The position numbers and the translations under genes were made by a program. The notes beneath the pieces are model-generated. The model did no database searches. It was given only the letters and a program-made list of their open reading frames with translations, and was not told the DNA's origin. 64,000 nucleotides of DNA. It comes from Acidobacteriota bacterium (GTDB taxonomy: Bacteria > Acidobacteriota > UBA6911). The stretch spans positions 4,320,001 through 4,384,000 of the forward strand of contig OY761556.1 of NCBI GenBank assembly GCA_963664705.1, read 5' to 3'. Below are positions 57,976 through 64,000 of the stretch, in pieces; position 1 is the first letter of the stretch; each line of letters begins with the position of its first letter.

Positions 57976-58859
57976 CAGACACATCGCTGTGCATTCGCTC
58001 TTTTGCCAAAATTAATCTGGTTCTATCCGTCCTTGGAAAGAGGATGGATGGATACCATGATATCCAAACGGTATTTCAGACAACCGACCTGTGCGATGAG
58101 CTGGAATTCCAGCCGTCTCAAAAACTTGAATTAGTTTGCGAAAACCTGCCGGATGTACGGAATGAAGAGAACCTTGTCTGGAAAGCGGCGGCTCTATTCG
58201 CAGCGGCCATCGACAACCCGCCGGGAGCAAAAATAATACTTCGGAAGAGAATTCCGGCTGGAGCGGGCGTTGGCGGCGGCAGCAGCAATGCTGCGGCCAC
58301 GCTCCTGGGACTGAGCCGGTTCTGGAACATCTCCATCCCTGAAGAAAAATTGCACGCCATCGCCGCCAGCCTGGGCTCGGATGTCCCATTTTTTCTGAAA
58401 GGCGGGACAGCGCTGGGATCCGGACGGGGGGAAAAGATTGAGTCTCTGCCAGATTGCCCTTCCCTTCCCCTTGTCATTGTCTTCCCGGGTATTCATGTCT
58501 CGACAGCGGAAGCCTACCGTTCTTTGAATTTGGGATTGACATCCACGACAGTTGACCATAGAATTCAACGTTTTATTGGTCATGTGCGGGCAGGTTTGCC
58601 CTCAATGACCGGGCTCTTTAATGATTTCGAGGCTTCGATCCTGACTGCCTACCCTCCCGTCCGGGAAGCAAAAGAATTCCTGGCGGAATGCGGTGCGACG
58701 GCAACTCTGCTGTCAGGCAGCGGATCCTCTGTCTTCGGATTCTTCTCTGATGAGGAATCAGCGTCCGCTGTCTTACGCAATGTACCGCGAGAGACTTGGC
58801 GGGTGTTTCCGGCGAAGACCCTTTCTCGGGCTGAGTATTTCCCAAAAATGTTCGGGTAG
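57972..58859 (+). CDS. ispE: 4-diphosphocytidyl-2-C-methyl-D-erythritol kinase
   Basis: AKINL, KRIPAGAGVGGGSSNAA, GSDVPFF, SGSGSSVF. Confidence 0.95.
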   Translation: MTDTSLCIRSFAKINLVLSVLGKRMDGYHDIQTVFQTTDLCDELEFQPSQKLELVCENLPDVRNEENLVWKAAALFAAAIDNPPGAKIILRKRIPAGAGVGGGSSNAAATLLGLSRFWNISIPEEKLHAIAASLGSDVPFFLKGGTALGSGRGEKIESLPDCPSLPLVIVFPGIHVSTAEAYRSLNLGLTSTTVDHRIQRFIGHVRAGLPSMTGLFNDFEASILTAYPPVREAKEFLAECGATATLLSGSGSSVFGFFSDEESASAVLRNVPRETWRVFPAKTLSRAEYFPKMFG

Positions 58860-58944
58860 ACGCCGGCGCTGAAATTGCGGATGCGGAGTGTGGCTGCGGA
58901 TCAATCCGTAACCGCTTATCCGAAATTCGCAATCGATATATTGC

Positions 58945-59019
58945 TGGGGCGTCGTCAAGCGGTAAGACACAGGTCTTTGGAACCTGCATTCGAAGGTTCG
59001 AATCCTTCCGCCCCAGCCA
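58945..59019 (+). tRNA. tRNA-Gln (TTG)
   Basis: tggggcg acceptor stem, caggt-ctTTGga-acctg anticodon arm, GGTTCGAATCC T-arm, encoded CCA; ispE-tRNA-Gln-prs context. Confidence 0.97.
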
Positions 59020-59046
59020 TTTCGCGCCACCTCCAGGAGTAAATTG

Positions 59047-60009
59047 ATGCAGAACAGCGGATACAAGGTTGTGAATCGGGAATTGAAGGTATTCTCAGGG
59101 AATGCCAATCATGCGCTGGCAAAGGAGATTTGCGATTACCTCCATCTCCCGCTTGGGGAAATTCATCTCGCCAAATTCAGCGATGGGGAGCTCTATACCC
59201 AGATTCTGGAAAATGTCCGAGGCAAGGACGTATTTCTTATTCAGCCCACCTGCTGCCCGGTCAACAACAACCTGATGGAGCTGCTTATCATGATCGATGC
59301 CTTCAAGCGCTCCTCTGCGACAAGGATTACATCGGTTCTTCCCTATTACGGCTATGGACGGCAGGATCGGAAGGATAAGCCCAGAGTACCCATTTCATCC
59401 AAGCTGGTTGCGGATCTGCTTACGGCAGCCGGAACCGACCGTATCCTGGCCATGGATCTGCATGTGGGACAGATCCAAGGATTTTTCGATATCCCGGTAG
59501 ATCATCTGTATGCAGCCCCGGTATTGGTCGAGTATCTGAAAAAATTGCAGATTCCGAACCTGACAGTAGTCTCTCCCGATGCGGGGGGCGTGGAACGCGC
59601 CAGGGCATTTGCAAAGCGACTTGACGGTGATCTTGCGGTCATTGACAAGCGCCGGACGGGACCCAATGAAGCAGAGGTCCTTCACATTGTCGGACATGTC
59701 AGCGGAAGAAACATTCTTATCTGCGACGACATGATTGATACAGCCGGCACCTTGGTCAAAACGGTCGAGGCGCTCCGGAAGAAAAAGGCAGAAAAGGTTT
59801 TTGCCTGTGCAACACACGGAATCCTGAGCGGACCTGCGATCGAAAGGCTGCGGTCAGCCCAGATTGACGAGATCATTCTAACCAACACTGTTCCGATTGA
59901 TCCGTCCAAGGTGCTGCCGAATATGAGGATTTTGAGCGTCGGGGCGTTGTTGGGCGCCGCGATACAAAGCATTCACGAAGAAACGAGTGTCAGTAATCTT
60001 TTTGTTTAG
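59047..60009 (+). CDS. prs: Ribose-phosphate pyrophosphokinase
   Basis: FSDGE, PYYGYGRQDRK, VSPDAGGVERA, DDMIDTAGT. Confidence 0.97.
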   Translation: MQNSGYKVVNRELKVFSGNANHALAKEICDYLHLPLGEIHLAKFSDGELYTQILENVRGKDVFLIQPTCCPVNNNLMELLIMIDAFKRSSATRITSVLPYYGYGRQDRKDKPRVPISSKLVADLLTAAGTDRILAMDLHVGQIQGFFDIPVDHLYAAPVLVEYLKKLQIPNLTVVSPDAGGVERARAFAKRLDGDLAVIDKRRTGPNEAEVLHIVGHVSGRNILICDDMIDTAGTLVKTVEALRKKKAEKVFACATHGILSGPAIERLRSAQIDEIILTNTVPIDPSKVLPNMRILSVGALLGAAIQSIHEETSVSNLFV

Positions 60010-60080
60010 ATAGGTCTTCGAACTCCGGATCGTGGATACGCCGGTAGTTCCGAAGACTCCGAGGAAGGAGTTGGATTTTC

Positions 60081-60749
60081 ATGCCAACAGTTATTGAGGC
60101 TCAATTGCGGATCCCGGGCGGCAAAAACGTCAATAAACGCATCCGGAAGTCGGGACAGATCCCGGCTGTCATTTATGGTCCCGGAAAGCAGCCCGTAGTG
60201 ATTTCCGTGGACCCGGCTACGATAAAAACGATTCTCCATTCGGAAACCGGAAAAAACACGATTTTCTCTGTCAGCGTAGACGGCGCAGAGCAAGGCAACG
60301 CCATGGTCAAGGATTATCAGCTTGATCCGGTCCACGGCGATCTGATTCATGCCGACCTCCTTGAGATCGCGATGGACCGTCTGCTTGTCGTAACCGTCAA
60401 CGTGGAAGTCGTCGGAGAAGCAGCAGGTGTCAAGCTGGACGGCGGCATTATGGATCTTGTCACCCGCTCGATCGAAGTCGAATGCTACCCGGCCGATATT
60501 CCGGAATCGATCAAGGTCGACGTCTCATCGTTGAAAATAAATGACTACATCCGCGTGAAGAATATTCAAACGGATGCGAAGGTCAAGATTCTTACGGAAC
60601 CCGAGGTCGTCCTCGTTACCATCGTTCCTCCGCAGAAGGAAGAGGTCCCGGCTGAAGGCACGGCGGCTACGACAGCCGAACCCGAAGTTATCAAGAAGGG
60701 TAAGCCGGCCGAAGAGGGCGCTGAAGAATCCAAGGGTAAAGAGAAGTAG
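60081..60749 (+). CDS. rplY: 50S ribosomal protein L25/Ctc
   Basis: GQIPAVIYG, QLDPV...HAD, GVKLDGG, IPESIKVDVS. Confidence 0.95.
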   Translation: MPTVIEAQLRIPGGKNVNKRIRKSGQIPAVIYGPGKQPVVISVDPATIKTILHSETGKNTIFSVSVDGAEQGNAMVKDYQLDPVHGDLIHADLLEIAMDRLLVVTVNVEVVGEAAGVKLDGGIMDLVTRSIEVECYPADIPESIKVDVSSLKINDYIRVKNIQTDAKVKILTEPEVVLVTIVPPQKEEVPAEGTAATTAEPEVIKKGKPAEEGAEESKGKEK

Positions 60750-60812
60750 CCTGGTCCGCCCAACGCTGTGCTTTGGTATCGGAGATGCAAAACGGAAACT
60801 GAAGCGGCAGAC

Positions 60813-61367
60813 ATGGTTATTGTGGGCCTGGGCAACCCGGGCCAGCAATACGAGCGGACGCGACACAATGTTGGATTCATGGTAGTGGAAGCTCTCGCCC
60901 GGGAAGGATCCGGCACCTGGTCGACGGAAAAGCTTTCTCGAACCTGCCGGATCAGAATCGGCGATACTCCGGTCCTGCTGGTTGAGCCGCTGACATTTAT
61001 GAACAGCAGCGGCAAAGCCGTTCAAAGCATGCTGACGGCACACCAGCTGAGTCCGCAGGATCTCCTGATCGTTTTTGATGATTTGAATCTGCCCTTCGGG
61101 CGGATTCGGATACGGGAACGGGGATCAGCGGGTGGACATCACGGGCTCGAGTCGATCATAGATCTGTTGCAGACCGACGAGATTGTACGTATGCGAATGG
61201 GAATTGGAGAAGACCAGATGCCCGCCGAAAGATCGGGTTTCGTCCTTTCCGATTTTCCGACGGAAAAGCAGACGGACTTGAATGAGATGATTACTAAAGC
61301 CGGAAACGCAGTGAGATCCATTCTCGATAATGGCGTTTCCAAAACAATGGCGATTTTTAACGCTTGA
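60813..61367 (+). CDS. pth: Peptidyl-tRNA hydrolase
   Basis: IVGLGNPG..Y..TRHNVGF, FMNSSG, GSAGGHHG. Confidence 0.95.
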   Translation: MVIVGLGNPGQQYERTRHNVGFMVVEALAREGSGTWSTEKLSRTCRIRIGDTPVLLVEPLTFMNSSGKAVQSMLTAHQLSPQDLLIVFDDLNLPFGRIRIRERGSAGGHHGLESIIDLLQTDEIVRMRMGIGEDQMPAERSGFVLSDFPTEKQTDLNEMITKAGNAVRSILDNGVSKTMAIFNA

Positions 61368-61392
61368 AAGCAAAAGCTGTAAGGAGAAGACC

Positions 61393-61818
61393 GTGAGAAA
61401 TTACGAAGTGGTTTTTGTTGCCGCTCCCACTTTAACCAGCGAGGAGCTGGACGGCTTTATCAATCACATTCAGACCGTGGTTGAGGGCAAAAACGGCAAA
61501 GTGGTCAAGGTCGACAACTGGGGGAAAAAATCCCTGGCGTATAAGATTCAGAAATTCCGCGAAGCCTATTATGTCGTTCTCTCGATTGATGGAGACGGTG
61601 GCGTGATCGCGGAAGTTGAACGGCGCTTCAGGGTTACGGATTACATCATCCGCTTTATTTCGGTCCGAATTGATGAAGATGTCAAGCGGTCCGATAAAAT
61701 CAAAGCGGCCAGGCAAAAGAAGGGATCCGGCAAGTCCGCGACTGCGACTGCCATCCCGGAAACTTCCGAGCCTATGATGGGCTTTGAACCCGACCAGGCT
61801 CCCCCATCAGGTCTGTAA
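61393..61818 (+). CDS. rpsF: 30S ribosomal protein S6
   Basis: GTG start, RNYEVVFV, WGKKSLAYKI; AAGGAG RBS. Confidence 0.95.
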   Translation: MRNYEVVFVAAPTLTSEELDGFINHIQTVVEGKNGKVVKVDNWGKKSLAYKIQKFREAYYVVLSIDGDGGVIAEVERRFRVTDYIIRFISVRIDEDVKRSDKIKAARQKKGSGKSATATAIPETSEPMMGFEPDQAPPSGL

Positions 61819-61881
61819 AGAGTGTATATCAGGAATCAGGGTCTGATCCCCTGATTCTAATAGGTAGAAAGGCGAAGAACT

Positions 61882-62115
61882 ATGCCAGGTCCAAGAAGGT
61901 TTAGTGTTCGGCGCAAAAGAGTATGCAAGTTTTGCGCTGAAAAAATTACCTACATCGATTTTAAAGATGGAAAGCTCCTTGGTCACTTCATTCCCGAAAG
62001 AGGAAAGATACTGCCCAGGAGAATCAGTGGAGTCTGCTCGACGCATCAGCGCTTGCTTGCGGAAGCCATCAAACGTGCCAGACATCTGGCCATCCTTCCA
62101 TTTGTCGCTGATTGA
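61882..62115 (+). CDS. rpsR: 30S ribosomal protein S18
   Basis: [19 protein letters not shown]...AIKRAR. Confidence 0.96.
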   Translation: MPGPRRFSVRRKRVCKFCAEKITYIDFKDGKLLGHFIPERGKILPRRISGVCSTHQRLLAEAIKRARHLAILPFVAD

Positions 62116-62136
62116 CATTTTTCCAAAGGGTGATAC

Positions 62137-62595
62137 ATGAAGGTCATTTTAAAGCAAGATGTTGAAAAACTGGGCAAGACTGGCGATGTTGTAAAAGTAG
62201 CCCCCGGTTATGGACGCAACTACCTGATCCCCAAAAAATATGCATTGGAAGCCACTCCGGGCAATATCAAGATTGCCGAGGTGGAAAAGGTAGCCCAAGC
62301 GCGTCGGGATCACCGCGAAAAAGAGGCTGCAACCATTCTTGCACGGGAAATAGTTAAACTTACGGTGACGGTACGTCGGAAGTCCGGTGAAGGCGGATCC
62401 CTTTATGGCTCCGTTACCTCACTGGATGTTGCGGATTTCCTCATTACCCACAAGATTGATATCGACAAACGCAAGATCCAGCTGGAAGAGCCCATTAAGG
62501 CCATCGGAGAGTACGAAATACCCATTCGCCTGCATCGCGAAGTCACTGTTCCGATCAAGGTCATCGTGGAAGCCGAACCGGAAGAGACTGCGTAG
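62137..62595 (+). CDS. rplI: 50S ribosomal protein L9
   Basis: MKVILKQDV, GYGRNYLIP, LYGSVT. Confidence 0.96.
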   Translation: MKVILKQDVEKLGKTGDVVKVAPGYGRNYLIPKKYALEATPGNIKIAEVEKVAQARRDHREKEAATILAREIVKLTVTVRRKSGEGGSLYGSVTSLDVADFLITHKIDIDKRKIQLEEPIKAIGEYEIPIRLHREVTVPIKVIVEAEPEETA

Positions 62596-62596
62596 G

Positions 62597-62785
62597 AATT
62601 ACGAATTACGAATGACGAATTACGAATTGAAGCACACGCTTGCGTAATTCGTCGTTCGTAAAAGTAATATGCCTCCCGCCCTGAACACAGCGCGAAAAAG
62701 AGCGACGAAACGAATTGACAAATCTGCCGCTCGGCCCCATCTTGTTGCTGTTAATCCGTAATCCGTCACTCGAAATTCGTCATTT
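62597..62785. repeat. ACGAATK heptamer array with two inverted partner arrays
   Basis: acgaatt acgaatg acgaatt acgaatt (62601-62628); aattcgt cgttcgt (~62646-62659); aatccgt aatccgt cactcga aattcgt (~62753-62780). Confidence 0.85.
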
Positions 62786-62793
62786 GCACACCC

Positions 62794-64000
62794 ATGCCTG
62801 ACATCAGCCTGGAAAGAATATTACCGAATAATCTCGAAGCTGAACGCTCCATCCTCGGCGCGATACTTCTCGACGATAAGGCTGTCCTTACAGTCTTTGA
62901 AATATTGAAGCCGGAGGACTTTTACCTCGACAGCCACCGGCGTGTTTTCGAGAAGATGCAGCTGCTGACCAATGGCTCCAGGCCAATCGACCTCATCACG
63001 CTCAAAGATGAACTCCAGCGCGCCAACGAACTCGAAAGCGTCGGCGGTGCCGCCTACCTGGCCAGCCTCACCGATGGTTTGCCACGCGCCATGAACGTCG
63101 AGTTCTACGCGCAGATTATCAAGGAAAAATCGACGCTCCGCCGCCTGATCCAGATCTCCAATGAAACAATGGCCCGCAGTTACCAGGACGAGGAGCCGGC
63201 GGAGGAGATTCTTCAGCATGTAGAAAAGACGATCTTTGAGATTTCCAACCAGCAGTTCCGGTCCGGATTTTCTTCTATTACTCCGGTAGTCAGCGAAGTA
63301 TTCAAGCAGATCGAGGAACTGTCCAATAAAAAGACCCCTGTTACCGGGCTTGAGACCGGTTTTGTGGACCTGGACAGGATGACCGCCGGAATGCACCCAG
63401 CCGACCTGATCATCGTCGCTGCCCGGCCGGGCCTTGGAAAGACAAGCCTCTGCCTTAATATCGCCGAGCATGTCGCCATCCGAAAACACAAATCGGTCGC
63501 AATCTTCAGCCTGGAAATGAGCAAAGAAAGCCTGGTAAAACGTCTTCTCTGCAGCGAAGCCAGGATCGATGCCCACCGCGTGAATACCGGCTACCTCAAC
63601 AAAGATGACTGGCACCGCCTGAGTCGGGCTTCCGGAGATCTCTCCGACACCAAAATCTTCATCGACGACACGGCAAATGTCAAAGTACCCGAACTGCGCT
63701 CGAAATCCCGCCGCCTGTCCATGGAACACGGCCTCGACCTCATCATCGTGGATTACCTGCAGCTCATGTCCGGTTCCACCCAGCGTTATGAGAACCGCAC
63801 GCAGGAAATTGCCCAGATTTCCAGAGGCCTGAAGGGAGTTGCCAAGGAACTCGGAGTCCCTGTGATCGCGGTTTCGCAGCTTAGCCGCGCAGTGGAATCC
63901 AGGACCGGCGAGCATCGCAGACCACAGCTCTCGGATCTGAGAGAGTCCGGATCCATCGAGCAGGACGCCGATCTGGTACTGTTCATCTTCCGTGAGGAGA
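62794..64000 (+). CDS. dnaB: Replicative DNA helicase (3' end runs off window)
   Basis: Not in ORF track. MPDISLERILPNNLEAERSILGAIL..., AARPGLGKT, FSLEM, VDYLQLM, SQLSR, LSDLRESGSIEQDAD. Confidence 0.96.
   Translation, partial: MPDISLERILPNNLEAERSILGAILLDDKAVLTVFEILKPEDFYLDSHRRVFEKMQLLTNGSRPIDLITLKDELQRANELESVGGAAYLASLTDGLPRAMNVEFYAQIIKEKSTLRRLIQISNETMARSYQDEEPAEEILQHVEKTIFEISNQQFRSGFSSITPVVSEVFKQIEELSNKKTPVTGLETGFVDLDRMTAGMHPADLIIVAARPGLGKTSLCLNIAEHVAIRKHKSVAIFSLEMSKESLVKRLLCSEARIDAHRVNTGYLNKDDWHRLSRASGDLSDTKIFIDDTANVKVPELRSKSRRLSMEHGLDLIIVDYLQLMSGSTQRYENRTQEIAQISRGLKGVAKELGVPVIAVSQLSRAVESRTGEHRRPQLSDLRESGSIEQDADLVLFIFREE

Noticed and set aside
58945-59019. tRNA-Gln as an integration site
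   Set aside because: Standard ispE-tRNA-Gln-prs order with no integrase or duplicated tRNA 3' end seen.
62821-63915. 364-aa minus-strand ORF
   Set aside because: Antisense to dnaB, which the ORF track missed because it runs off the window.

Overview
Bacterial chromosomal window, probably from an anaerobic Acidobacteriota-like organism (inferred from gene content and order, not proven). Both ends are housekeeping. The left end carries murA-prmC-prfA-DUF1385-rpmE; the right end carries rimP-nusA-infB-rbfA-truB and TPR-ispE-tRNA-Gln-prs-rplY-pth-rpsF-rpsR-rplI-dnaB. Between them are hutI-ftcD, tatA, nth, a glycogen cluster (GH57-glgP-galT-glgA), HU, an RpoD-like sigma factor and a GldAFG-like ABC system. 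The most unusual part is a ~15 kb anaerobic C1/redox block (11.7-27 kb). It holds a three-component corrinoid methyltransferase system, a NuoG(N-term)-NuoE fusion plus a short NuoF, and two PaoAB/CoxSM-like pairs that both lack a molybdopterin large subunit. One small subunit carries a classical C2H2 zinc finger; the other has a Tat signal and a frameshift. The block also has an orphan MoaD, an MFS transporter and a U32 protein. Other oddities are a probable CTG start for glgP overlapped by a 5-codon uORF, a HiPIP-like 65-aa protein, and several families of palindromic heptamer or REP-like intergenic repeats. No CRISPR array, transposase, integrase or rRNA was seen. All product calls come from motif recognition by eye; no database search was run.
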